Shown: positions 1 to 8,879, counted from the stretch's first letter. The stretch: 64,000 nt of DNA from Gemmatimonadales bacterium (GCA_041577295.1 JBFGJG010000019.1:4420-68419), one strand, 5' to 3'. Notes: generated by a model from the letters alone, not told the origin. Numbers and translations: made by a program.

Positions 1-320
1 CCTTGCACGAACATGCGGAAGGCGTGAACGAGCACCGCGACGACGGCGGCGTCCGACGCGTAACGATGAAGCGAGCGGACCCAACTCCCCGTCCACGTCT
101 GTTGGGTGAGGTTGGCGACCGAGGCATAGGGCGATCCGAGTCGATAGAAGAGCAGGAGATAGACGCCGGTCAGCAGCACCACCACGAGCAGGGCGACCAC
201 GAGGGCTCCGCTGTGGTAGAGGGGATTGAAGCGCCACCCGTAGAGACGGTTCATGAAGGCGTCCGCGGGGGTCAGCACGGCCCGCCCCATCCGGGCGAAT
301 CGGTTGCTCAGTCCCAGCAT
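1..320 (-). CDS. Cytochrome b/b6 N-terminal-domain membrane protein (partial; runs off left edge)
   Basis: Not in the ORF track (no stop in window). My translation from ATG 320 with AGGAG RBS: MLGLSNRFARMGRAVLTPADAFMNRLYGWRFNPLYHSGALVVALLVVVLLTGVYLLLFY...WVRSLHRYASDAAVVAVLVHAFRMF. The TG-x-L-x-x-x-Y and R-x-x-H...H-x-x-R pattern matches cytochrome b helices A/B with heme-ligand His residues. Confidence 0.8.
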   Translation of the reverse strand, partial: MLGLSNRFARMGRAVLTPADAFMNRLYGWRFNPLYHSGALVVALLVVVLLTGVYLLLFYRLGSPYASVANLTQQTWTGSWVRSLHRYASDAAVVAVLVHAFRMFVQ

Positions 321-426
321 CACACTCCTTGCGTGGAATCGGGTTAGGGCTCTTGCGCCCTTCGAAACATCATATTAACATGAGAATAACAGAAATGCCA
401 GCCGCGACGCTGTTTGGAGGGTTCTC

Positions 427-840
427 GTGTTATCCAGTACTGCGGAATACGCTCTCAAGGCCGTCCTCTACCTCGCCAACAACGCGCGCGAGCAGCCCGT
501 GCGGGTAGGGGAGGTCGCCGAGGCCCTCGGCATTCCGCAGAACTACCTCTCGAAGATCCTGCACGAGCTGGCGCGCGACGGCGTGCTCACGTCTTCGCGC
601 GGTAAGCACGGCGGCTTTCAGCTCGCCCATCCGCCGGACAAGCTCTCGCTGCTGACAGTGGTGCAACGGTTCGATCGCATCGCCGAGGAGCGCAGCTGTC
701 TCCTCGGTCGCCCCCAATGCAGTGACCGTCATGCCTGCGCGGCCCACTGGCGTTGGAAGGCGGTGTCGGAACAGGTCTCGACGTTTTTCCGGGAGACCAC
801 CGTGGCCGACCTGATGGCCGGGGAGGCTATCGCGGCCTGA
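427..840 (+). CDS. Rrf2-family transcriptional regulator with 3 conserved Cys (likely Fe-S binding)
   Basis: EYAL..., YLSKILHEL, S-x-RG-x-x-GGF-x-L and CLLG-x3-C-x5-C-AAH. GGAGG RBS before the GTG start. Confidence 0.93.
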   Translation: MLSSTAEYALKAVLYLANNAREQPVRVGEVAEALGIPQNYLSKILHELARDGVLTSSRGKHGGFQLAHPPDKLSLLTVVQRFDRIAEERSCLLGRPQCSDRHACAAHWRWKAVSEQVSTFFRETTVADLMAGEAIAA

Positions 841-860
841 TGGCAGGCAAGGAGGATTCC

Positions 861-1007
861 ATGGCCAACTCGAAACCTCCACTGGGCCAGCGGATCTTCG
901 ACAACTGGTTCCTGCTTCTCCTCGCCGGGATTCTGGTGATGGGTGTGTTTTATACGGCGTGGGGGTTGTGGGAAGTGTTGTCGTTGCCGCCGGCCCCGCT
1001 GCCGTGA
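861..1007 (+). CDS. Small single-TM protein (48 aa), probable accessory subunit of the oxidase/NOR complex
   Basis: GGAGG RBS at 851-855, ATG 861. MANSKPPLGQRIFDNWFLLLLAGILVMGVFYTAWGLWEV has one hydrophobic helix and lies inside the operon. Confidence 0.75.
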   Translation: MANSKPPLGQRIFDNWFLLLLAGILVMGVFYTAWGLWEVLSLPPAPLP

Positions 1008-1022
1008 GGCAGGAGGGTGGCA

Positions 1023-1592
1023 ATGAATACCGGCATCGAGTCACCGCAAGGCGTCTGGTGGAAGCCCGCGCACCGTACCGAGCGCTACTGGGTCATCGTG
1101 GCGTTCGTTTGGTGCATCGTGCTGTTCGCCATGATGCCGCTCTGGCACCTCAAGGGGGGGCAGAATCCCTCGGGGATCCGTCACAAGGTCGATCCGCAGG
1201 CTTTCATGGCGCGGACGCAGGAGTTCATCAACGCCTATCAGGTAGGTGAGGAGAACGGGATCCCCATCGTCGAGCCCCCGCCGGGGAGTGACATTTACCT
1301 CATCGGGGTGATGTGGAGCTGGCGGCCCACGCTCAGGCTCCAGAAGGACGCGGAGTACATCCTCCACATCTCGTCACTCGACGTCAATCACGGTTTCAAC
1401 CTCTATCCCATCAACGTGAATTTTCAGGTCGTACCCGGGTACGACTACGGCCTCCGCGTGACGCCCACCGAGGCCGGCGACTTCCGCATCATCTGCAACG
1501 AGTTCTGCGGAATCGGTCACCACCTGATGGTGGGCCGTGTGATCGTTGTGGATGACACGCAGACCACGGCTAGCGCGGGAGGGGTGCCATGA
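1023..1592 (+). CDS. Heme-copper oxidase superfamily subunit II (CuA; B-family/eNOR type)
   Basis: One N-terminal TM helix; CuA ligands DVNHGF and CNEFCGIGHHLM; AGGAGG RBS before ATG 1023. Confidence 0.93.
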   Translation: MNTGIESPQGVWWKPAHRTERYWVIVAFVWCIVLFAMMPLWHLKGGQNPSGIRHKVDPQAFMARTQEFINAYQVGEENGIPIVEPPPGSDIYLIGVMWSWRPTLRLQKDAEYILHISSLDVNHGFNLYPINVNFQVVPGYDYGLRVTPTEAGDFRIICNEFCGIGHHLMVGRVIVVDDTQTTASAGGVP

Positions 1593-3109
1593 ACGGAAGC
1601 TTCCGCACCTGCCCGACCACGGGGCTCAAGGTGCACGCGCAGGCGGACGGTCTGATCAAGGCCAACGCCGTGGTGGCCACGGTCGCGTTGCTCATCGGCG
1701 GCATCGCCGCCGTGCTCGTGATGCTCACCCGCTGGCAAGCGATTCACCTGCTCTCAGCGGAGTGGTTCTACCGCATGCTTACGATCCACGGGATGAACAT
1801 GCTCATCTTTTTCATCCTGTTCTTCGAGATGGCGGTCCTGTACTTCGCGAGCGCCGTGCTGCTCAACAGCCGGGTCGCCACGCCGCGGCTGGCCTGGTTC
1901 TCGTTTTGGCTGATGGTCCTCGGCACAGTCATCGTCGAGTGGACGATGTTTGCGGGGAAGGCAGACGTGCTCTTCACGTCCTACGTGCCGCTCAGGGCCA
2001 CTCCCTGGTACTACCTGGGTGTCATCTTGTTCGCTGTGGGGGCGTTGCTGGTGGTGTGCATCTTCTTCGCGACCTTGGTCGTGGCCCGGCGCGAGAAGAC
2101 GTACACGGGCTCAGTGCCGCTGGTGACCTTTGGGGCGGCGACAGCCGCGATCATCGCCGTGATCACCCTGGGTCATGGGGCAGCCATCTACATCCCCACG
2201 TTCCTCTGGTCGCTTGACCTCATGCACGTCGACGCGCAGGTCTATCGGCTGGTGTGGTGGGGTCTGGGGCATTCATCGCAGCAGATCAACGTGGCCGCGA
2301 TGGTCTCGGTCTGGTACCTCCTCGGTGCGTTCACCGTGGGCGCGGTGGTGCTCAACGAAAAGATCAGCCGCACGGCGTTCGTGCTGTACGTGCTGTTCAT
2401 CTCGATGGCATCGGCGCACCATCTGTTGGTGGATCCCGGCATGGGACCCACGTGGAAGGTCTGGAATACCAGCTACGCCATGTATCTGGCGGTGCTGGCG
2501 AGCATGATCCACGGGTTCACCGTACCTGCCGGTGTCGAGCTTGGGCAGCGGCTGCGCGGATACGCCAAGGGTCTCTTCGAATGGTTGCGCAAGGCGCCAT
2601 GGGGTGATCCCGGATTCTCATCGTTGATCTTCTCGATCATCATCTTCGGGTTTGTCGGTGGCATCACCGGGGTCACGTTTGGCACCGAGCAGATCAACAT
2701 CATCGCCCACAACACGCTCCGGATTCCCGGCCACTTCCATGCGACAGTTGTCGCGGGAACCGCACTCGCATTCATGGGCGTCACGTACTACGTGATTCCG
2801 CTGATCTTCCGAAAGCAGATCGCGTTCTGGCCGCTCGCGAAGATTCAGCCGTACCTCTTCGCGGTGGGGATGCTGATCTTCTCGGTCGCCATGACGTTCG
2901 CGGGCACGTTCGGCGCGCCCCGGCGGCACTGGGATATGACCTTTTCTCAGGCGCCGTACGAGGTGCAATTCTCGCCCGCGGTGGATCTCGTCATGGGCGT
3001 GATGGCGATCGGTGGACTGATCGCTGCCGTTGGTGGGGCGATCTATATCCTGGTCACGGTGTGGTCGGTGTTCTTTGGCCGGCCCATGCCGGAAGGAGGG
3101 CAGGCATAA
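1589..3109 (+). CDS. Heme-copper oxidase superfamily subunit I, eNOR-type nitric oxide reductase (active-site Tyr replaced by Gln)
   Basis: All six His ligands present (TIHG, GHSSQQ, SAHH, GHFH). Helix VI reads H228-S-S-Q-Q232 instead of H-P-x-V-Y. ATGA overlap with subunit II. Confidence 0.85.
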   Translation: MNGSFRTCPTTGLKVHAQADGLIKANAVVATVALLIGGIAAVLVMLTRWQAIHLLSAEWFYRMLTIHGMNMLIFFILFFEMAVLYFASAVLLNSRVATPRLAWFSFWLMVLGTVIVEWTMFAGKADVLFTSYVPLRATPWYYLGVILFAVGALLVVCIFFATLVVARREKTYTGSVPLVTFGAATAAIIAVITLGHGAAIYIPTFLWSLDLMHVDAQVYRLVWWGLGHSSQQINVAAMVSVWYLLGAFTVGAVVLNEKISRTAFVLYVLFISMASAHHLLVDPGMGPTWKVWNTSYAMYLAVLASMIHGFTVPAGVELGQRLRGYAKGLFEWLRKAPWGDPGFSSLIFSIIIFGFVGGITGVTFGTEQINIIAHNTLRIPGHFHATVVAGTALAFMGVTYYVIPLIFRKQIAFWPLAKIQPYLFAVGMLIFSVAMTFAGTFGAPRRHWDMTFSQAPYEVQFSPAVDLVMGVMAIGGLIAAVGGAIYILVTVWSVFFGRPMPEGGQA

Positions 3110-3306
3110 TGGCACTCCATGGCGTTCCCCAAGGCATCGTGTCGCCACCGACGTCCACACCGCGGAGTGAGGACGCCGGTGACGAGCACGGCATTGGCGG
3201 GAGGACTCCCGGAACGGTCATTCTCGTGTTCGTGTTTCTCCTCGCCTTCGTGCTGTACTACTTCGTGAACTGGAAGCTGTTGTCGTTTGTCTGGCGCATC
3301 GGATAA
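3109..3306 (+). CDS. Small single-TM protein (65 aa), subunit IIa-like accessory helix
   Basis: TAATG stop/start overlap with subunit I, GGAGG upstream, and TM segment PGTVILVFVFLLAFVLYYFVNWK. Confidence 0.75.
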   Translation: MALHGVPQGIVSPPTSTPRSEDAGDEHGIGGRTPGTVILVFVFLLAFVLYYFVNWKLLSFVWRIG

Positions 3307-3313
3307 CTCGGTC

Positions 3314-4195
3314 ATGCGGGAGCGGGGGTTCACCGGTCTGGTAGTGCTAGCCATCGTCGTCGCGATCACGATGGTGTGGTGGGCCCTCGCCCTCTGGCCC
3401 GTCAATGACACCCCCGTCTGGCTCGAGCGAACAAGGGACGTGTGCTTCGGCACGCGGTCCAACGGGTTACCGGACGTGGCGGGGTGGACCGTGCTCGTGC
3501 TCCAGCCGGCCATGATGGTGGGCGCGGTGGTGGTGATCTGGGGTCGAACCTTGGTGCGGGACCTCGCCGCGTTCGCGCGGCTGCCCGGTGGCCGACTGGC
3601 TTTACGTGGTACGGGCGTCGTACTCCTGGTGGCGATCACGGCAGCCGCGTGGCGCGTGGCAAGCGCGTCGAGTGCAAATGCGTTTGACGAAATCACGGCC
3701 GCGCCCCTGCCTGATACGTACCCGCGGCTCGATCGCCCCGCACCGGAGTTAGGGCTCGTCGATCAGCGTGGCGACACGGTGCGCCTCGGCGACAACCGTG
3801 GCCACGTCGTACTCGTCACGTTTGCGTTTGGACACTGCGAAACCGTGTGTCCCAAAATTGTGAGCGATGTGCTTGTGGCGCGGCGTCGCCTCACCGACCA
3901 GGGCCACGCAGTGCGCGCCGTCGTGGTGACGCTCGACCCCTGGCGTGACGTACCGAGCCGTCTTCCGTACCTCGCGCAACGCTGGCACCTCGGGGAAGGG
4001 GATTTCATGCTGAGTGGCGCTGTCCAAAATGTGGAAGCGGCACTCGATGCCTGGGGCGTCGCCCGACGGCGTGATCTGCGCACGGGGGACGTCACCCACC
4101 CGGCGCTGGCGTACATCGTGGACCCGGATGGCATCATCGCGTATGGGGTGGTCGGCGGGGCAGACGCGATCGTCGAGCTCGTGGGGCGGTTGTAA
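3314..4195 (+). CDS. SCO/SenC copper chaperone with N-terminal multi-TM extension
   Basis: CETVC (CxxxC) motif, TLDP-x-RD, distal His (THPA), and three hydrophobic segments upstream. Confidence 0.9.
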   Translation: MRERGFTGLVVLAIVVAITMVWWALALWPVNDTPVWLERTRDVCFGTRSNGLPDVAGWTVLVLQPAMMVGAVVVIWGRTLVRDLAAFARLPGGRLALRGTGVVLLVAITAAAWRVASASSANAFDEITAAPLPDTYPRLDRPAPELGLVDQRGDTVRLGDNRGHVVLVTFAFGHCETVCPKIVSDVLVARRRLTDQGHAVRAVVVTLDPWRDVPSRLPYLAQRWHLGEGDFMLSGAVQNVEAALDAWGVARRRDLRTGDVTHPALAYIVDPDGIIAYGVVGGADAIVELVGRL

Positions 4196-4335
4196 CTCCT
4201 TCACCTCCTCGCAGCGGCCTCAGCACCTTTCTCAAATCACCCCCCAACCGTACCGGGCCGCTTGACCGAACTCCTACACCGGGAACTTTCCGACGGCATC
4301 GTGGTTCTAGCGGTCGTCCCGATCAGGAGGACTCC

Positions 4336-5103
4336 ATGTTCGCCGCTCGTGCACTGACCGTTCTGATCGCGACCGTTATACCCGCGATCGCAGCACACGG
4401 TCAACAGACCGTTCATTTCCTCGCTGAAGACTCTGTGGTTGTGTACGGTCATCTCTATGCCGCTCCTCAAGGCGCACAGGCGCTGATTCTCGCCTTCCAT
4501 CAGGCGGGAGCCAACGGTCGCTCGGAGTATGAGCCCATCGCCCGCCGACTCACGGCATTGGGGTACACCGTGCTGGCCGTCGATCAGCGGGCTGGTGGCG
4601 ATCGGTTTGGTGGAACGAACCGCACCGTCGACCGTCTCGGGATTTCCCGCGGCTATTGCGAAGCGGCGGCCGACCTGGAGGCGGCGGTGCGGTATGGGCG
4701 GGACACGTTTCCCGGAGTACCACTCGTGCTTTGGGGGAGTAGTTATAGCGCCGCGCTTGTGCTGCGCCTAGCCGCCACGCAGCCGGCTGAGGTGGCCGCC
4801 GTGCTTGCCTTCTCGCCGGCTTCCGGGGAGCCGATGGCGGGATGCCGCCCAGAGGAGCTTTCAGATCGCATTATTGTTCCAACCCTCGTGCTGCGCCCAA
4901 AGGCGGAGATGGACGTTGCGTCGGTGGTAAGCCAAGCTGAGATCTTTCGCGACCAGGGGCACGCGGTGTTCGTGGCAGATCCGGGGCGACACGGATCCTC
5001 GATGCTCGTGGAAGACCGCGTTGAAGGATCGGTCGAGCACACCTGGGTAGCGGTGCTGGCGTTTCTGAGTGACGCCTTACGGGATCGAAACGTTGGTATC
5101 TGA
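4336..5103 (+). CDS. Secreted alpha/beta hydrolase (dienelactone hydrolase-like)
   Basis: Signal peptide; FHQAG, DQR-x-GG, nucleophile elbow WGSSYSA, C-terminal HGS; AGGAGG RBS. Confidence 0.85.
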   Translation: MFAARALTVLIATVIPAIAAHGQQTVHFLAEDSVVVYGHLYAAPQGAQALILAFHQAGANGRSEYEPIARRLTALGYTVLAVDQRAGGDRFGGTNRTVDRLGISRGYCEAAADLEAAVRYGRDTFPGVPLVLWGSSYSAALVLRLAATQPAEVAAVLAFSPASGEPMAGCRPEELSDRIIVPTLVLRPKAEMDVASVVSQAEIFRDQGHAVFVADPGRHGSSMLVEDRVEGSVEHTWVAVLAFLSDALRDRNVGI

Positions 5104-5198
5104 AAAACCGCAATGGCGTGCGTAGGTATAGTCATCGTCGACGACGGAGATGCTTCAGATTCTTGCAACGCAACTCATCACGGAGATAGCATTCTCGA

Positions 5199-6026
5199 GT
5201 GACCTCCGATCCTGGTGTTCGTTTTAGCGTGACTAGCGAAGTCTGGCGTGCGTTTGCCGTCTGGGAGACCACCACCACCCAGAACGTGCCGACGTTGGTT
5301 AAGGCCGCTGGCGTGCGTGCGGGACAGCGGGTGCTCGACGTTGGGACCGGCACGGGGGTCGCGGCCGTCACGGCGGCGCGAATTGGCGCACGCGTGTCCG
5401 GCGTGGATCCCACCCCGGAGCTGTTAGAGCTTGCGCGCGAGAACGCCAGCATCGCGGAGGTGAACGTTGATTTTCATGAGGCTGGCGCCGAGGAAATTCC
5501 CTTTGCCGACGAAGAGTTCGATGTGGTGCTCAGCCACTTTGGCCACATGTTTGCTCCACGTGCACAACGGGCTGCCGACGAGATGCTGCGCGTGCTGCGC
5601 ACCGGTGGTACGCTCGCATTTACTTCGTGGCCGCCGAACGACAGCCTCGGAGTGATTTTCGAAGACCTTGCCGTGCACCTCCCCGCGCTCCCAGAGGGGA
5701 CTGACGATCCCGAACAGTGGGGAGATCCGGAAGTCGTCCGGCAACGACTGGGCAGCCGGGTGCGCGACCTCGTGTTCGAGCAACACGAGATGCGGAGTCC
5801 CGCGCTCAGCGTGCGCCACTTCCGACTCCGCATGGAGCAGGTTGGTCCCGGAAAGGTGGCCGCGCAGACGCTCGAACCGGCCGTGCTCGCCAAGTTCCGT
5901 GCCGGCCTCGAACGAAATCTGATGCCGGACTTCCGAGACAATATCATGCATCTGCGGTATCTCCTCGTCCGCGCGATCAAGACGGGAAGCGGCGCCCCCA
6001 TGGCTTTTAGAGACGCACCGTACTAA
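5199..6026 (+). CDS. Class I SAM-dependent methyltransferase
   Basis: VLDVGTGTG motif I, PFADEEFDVV, and RVLRTGG. Start position uncertain. Confidence 0.88.
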   Translation: MTSDPGVRFSVTSEVWRAFAVWETTTTQNVPTLVKAAGVRAGQRVLDVGTGTGVAAVTAARIGARVSGVDPTPELLELARENASIAEVNVDFHEAGAEEIPFADEEFDVVLSHFGHMFAPRAQRAADEMLRVLRTGGTLAFTSWPPNDSLGVIFEDLAVHLPALPEGTDDPEQWGDPEVVRQRLGSRVRDLVFEQHEMRSPALSVRHFRLRMEQVGPGKVAAQTLEPAVLAKFRAGLERNLMPDFRDNIMHLRYLLVRAIKTGSGAPMAFRDAPY

Positions 6027-6211
6027 CATTCGTTATCCAGATCCCGCGGAACGCTCGCTTCACTGGCGTCGGTCATCCGGCGGAGCCCACCGTAACGACT
6101 GAGTCTCGACGACAGTAAGCCTTGCCCGTACAGGGTGTGGTGCGGACGCGGTTCTCCGATCTGCCCGCCAAGTTTTTCGGTTACATATCGCTTTCCCTCT
6201 GAGGAGGAAAT

Positions 6212-6661
6212 ATGCCGGCACCATCCACCAAGATCGCTCCCGAACAGCTGATTCAGGCCGCGAAGGCGCCGTTCACCGCGTACAACAACAAGGACTGGAA
6301 GGCGGCACGTGCCAGTTTCACGTCCGACTTCGTGTACGACGAGGTGCCAACCGGTCGCAAGGCCAAAGGGGCCGACGACGTGATCGCGCTGTGGAAGGGT
6401 TGGGGCACGGCGTTCCCGGATTCGAAGTGCACGTACCACAAGGAGTACGTCAGCGGGAATACCGTCGTGCTCGAGCTCACGTGGAAGGGAACGCACACGG
6501 GACCGATGCAGACTCCCGATGGCCCGATCCCGGCCACCAACAAGAAGATCGACATCCGGGCGTGTAATGTCGTCGAGATTTCGGGTGACAAGGCCAAGTC
6601 GCAACGCCAGTACTTCGACATGGCAACGATGATGCAACAGCTCGGCCTCGCCAAGAAGTAG
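6212..6661 (+). CDS. SnoaL-like ester cyclase / NTF2-fold protein
   Basis: AFPD, GTHTGP-x-x-x-x-x-G-x-IPATNK and RQYFD motifs; GAGGAGG RBS. Confidence 0.9.
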   Translation: MPAPSTKIAPEQLIQAAKAPFTAYNNKDWKAARASFTSDFVYDEVPTGRKAKGADDVIALWKGWGTAFPDSKCTYHKEYVSGNTVVLELTWKGTHTGPMQTPDGPIPATNKKIDIRACNVVEISGDKAKSQRQYFDMATMMQQLGLAKK

Positions 6662-6689
6662 CGGAACGCGTTCAACAGGAGGGTGTCAG

Positions 6690-6722
6690 AGGCCGGGGGA
6701 TCGTGCTGATCCCCCGGCCTTT
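6690..6722. terminator. Intrinsic terminator hairpin between convergent genes
   Basis: 13-bp perfect stem AGGCCGGGGGATC / GATCCCCCGGCCT with a 5-nt loop, followed by a short T run. Confidence 0.8.
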
Positions 6723-7231
6723 CATTCGTGTGTCGCTCGGCTCCGAGCTTGCACTTCCTCTTCCGTCAATCCGTACAGCGGCGGTGTTGTGATATCCAGC
6801 ATCCCGAGCATCAGGTAGATCTGCCCACGATGGTGCACTTCGTGCTCGACCATCGCGCGTAGCCATTTCCATACGGTGATCGTCACCCCGCCGGGCGTCG
6901 AACAGCGGCTCCGAAGATCCTCAGGGGTTAAGGTCGCGAAGATCGCGACCGCCTCACGGTGCATGCGGTCGATGAAGTCACGGACCTCGGCGGGTCCTCT
7001 CGCCAAGTCGGGTCCGTGTCCAGGGTACCGGCTGGGGTTCTTCTGAGCGTTTTCGGCGAACATGTACCGCTCGATCGCTGCGAGGTGGCGGATGAGGTCC
7101 GCGAAGGTCCATGCCCCCGGTCGATGACTCCAGTCGTAGCGATCATCGGGAATACACGCGATGACAGCATTGGTCCGGGCGCGGATTTTCTCCCAGTAAT
7201 CCAGGAACGTGGCGACCGATTGGATTTCCAT
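6722..7231 (-). CDS. DinB/YfiT family protein
   Basis: IRHLAAIERY and EHEVHHRGQ His-triad motifs. Confidence 0.93.
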   Translation of the reverse strand: MEIQSVATFLDYWEKIRARTNAVIACIPDDRYDWSHRPGAWTFADLIRHLAAIERYMFAENAQKNPSRYPGHGPDLARGPAEVRDFIDRMHREAVAIFATLTPEDLRSRCSTPGGVTITVWKWLRAMVEHEVHHRGQIYLMLGMLDITTPPLYGLTEEEVQARSRATHE

Positions 7232-7313
7232 GACATATCCTCGCGATGGGCCTCAGGCGCGATCCAGCCAAACGACTCGACCCGTCCGAAAGTTAGCCCC
7301 TCCAGGGATCAAT

Positions 7314-7342
7314 TTGACAACGTACAAAATTATTTGTACGTT
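7314..7342 (+). promoter_or_regulatory. Sigma70-type promoter overlapped by a palindromic operator; probably leaderless mRNA
   Basis: TTGACA (7314-7319), 17-bp spacer, TACGTT (7337-7342). Perfect inverted repeat AACGTACAAA-ATTA-TTTGTACGTT at 7319-7342. ATG at 7348 with no RBS. Confidence 0.75.
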
Positions 7343-7347
7343 AGCAC

Positions 7348-7944
7348 ATGCGTCAAGATGTCTTGCTCGTGGACTCCGTAGAGCAGGCGACGGTGCTGCT
7401 CAAACCGCGGCGGATTGAGCTCCTCGCCGAGATGGCGGAGCCGCGCACGTGTCCGGAGCTAGCTGAGCGGTTTCGGGAGACGCCGCAGAAGATCTACTAC
7501 CACGTGAAGACCATGGAGCGCGCGGGTTTGGTGGAACGGGCGGGGGAGCGCTCGGTCAACGGCATCGCCGAGGGCCATTATCGCGCCAAGGCGCGGGCCT
7601 TCTGGTTGTCGCCACGCTTGGTGCGTGGCCTAGGTGGCCAGAAAGCCGTCCAGGAGCAGACGAGTCTCCGGATCCTGGCGGGCCATGCCGAGCAAATGCT
7701 CGAGGACGTGGGCCATCTTGCGGAGCGCTCGGCCGCAGGCGAGCACACGCCCTCGTTGTCGCTGGCGGTCGATATCACCTTGCCGACCCGCGAGCGACGC
7801 GAGGAGTTCTTGAATGCGTTGACCCAGACCTTCGAGCAGCTCGCCCGCCAGTACACCGGCACGGCACCGACGAAACGCGAGGCGCCCGAGACATTCCGCT
7901 TCACTCTCACCTGCTATCCCACGCCCGCGCGGGAGGCGTCATGA
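7348..7944 (+). CDS. ArsR/HTH_20-like winged-helix regulator
   Basis: P-x-R-x-x-LL, PQKIYYHVK-x-x-E-x-AGLV, and a wing ending in Y-x-A-x-AR. Confidence 0.88.
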   Translation: MRQDVLLVDSVEQATVLLKPRRIELLAEMAEPRTCPELAERFRETPQKIYYHVKTMERAGLVERAGERSVNGIAEGHYRAKARAFWLSPRLVRGLGGQKAVQEQTSLRILAGHAEQMLEDVGHLAERSAAGEHTPSLSLAVDITLPTRERREEFLNALTQTFEQLARQYTGTAPTKREAPETFRFTLTCYPTPAREAS

Positions 7945-8879
7945 CTTCCGTTTTGCATTATCAGCTCGCTCTGCCGGCCTCGCCGGCCGAGGTGTTTCGT
8001 GCCCTCACCGAAAACGCGGCGCTCGAGACGTGGTTCGCCGAGCACGCCGATGTCTCGCTGAAGGACAAGCGGTATGACTTTTGGGGCCGCTTCACGCCGG
8101 AATCCCCCGCGCGCACAGAGGGGCATCACCCCATCACGGCGTTCGTGCCGAACCGTCAGTTGTCCTTTAGGTGGCAGCTTCGCGGAGTCGATACCACGGT
8201 GGATCTCAAACTCACCAAGCGTCACGATGTGACCGTGCTTGGTCTTTGGCACCGCGGGGTTCCGTCGATTCCCGAAGGGGAGCCAGGCTGGTATGCACTT
8301 GACGACGTCTGGGCTCTCTGGCTGGAGAACCTGCGCCGTTACCTCGACGGTCGCTCGGTGATCCGCTGCGATTTCTCGGCCATCACCGGTGGTGATGTCA
8401 CGCGCACCATCGAGATCGATGCGCCGGCCTCTGCCGTGTGGGATGCCCTGGTGAATCCCGAGCAACGCAAGCGGTGGATTGCCAGCAAAGATCTGGACAC
8501 GCCGGACGTCGGTGGCGTGTGGATCGACTGGGCTCAACACGGGGCGCTTCGCATTGTCGAGATGGTCCCGGAAAAACGAATGTCGCTTGAGTGGCAGATC
8601 GGTGGCGTGCCGACGGTGGTGACCTGGACGCTTGAGGAGCAGGGCGGGAAAACCCGATTCACCTTGGCCCACAGCGGCTTCGCTCCAGACTACCGAACGG
8701 ACGGCGAGTTGTTGGGGTGGCTGAGCTACTTGAGTTGGTTGCAATCGCTGGTCGAGTATGGATTCGACTGGTTACCGCCCGTCAAGCAGATCGCGCGTGA
8801 CGTAGCGCTCTTCCACGCGGCCTCGATCTGGTCGCGCCAGGACGAGTTACTGGACGAAGACGACGCGAGTTGGCGCTGA
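7941..8879 (+). CDS. Tandem SRPBCC/AHA1-domain protein
   Basis: Two repeats of A-x-x-x-x-V-[FW]-x-AL...W, each ending in W-x-x-x-L-x-x-L. ATGA coupling to the regulator. Confidence 0.88.
   Translation: MTSVLHYQLALPASPAEVFRALTENAALETWFAEHADVSLKDKRYDFWGRFTPESPARTEGHHPITAFVPNRQLSFRWQLRGVDTTVDLKLTKRHDVTVLGLWHRGVPSIPEGEPGWYALDDVWALWLENLRRYLDGRSVIRCDFSAITGGDVTRTIEIDAPASAVWDALVNPEQRKRWIASKDLDTPDVGGVWIDWAQHGALRIVEMVPEKRMSLEWQIGGVPTVVTWTLEEQGGKTRFTLAHSGFAPDYRTDGELLGWLSYLSWLQSLVEYGFDWLPPVKQIARDVALFHAASIWSRQDELLDEDDASWR

Noticed and set aside
3-347. 114-aa plus-strand ORF from the track
   Set aside because: It is the antisense shadow of the cytochrome b-like gene, which has clear motifs and an RBS.
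1589-3109. Calling the operon a ba3-type cytochrome c oxidase (cbaAB)
   Set aside because: The helix VI cross-link Tyr is absent (HSSQQ), and the gene set does not match cbb3.
4282-4309. ECF sigma-type promoter GGAACTT-N17-TCTA upstream of the hydrolase
   Set aside because: Plausible but short and unsupported by a second copy or a local ECF gene.
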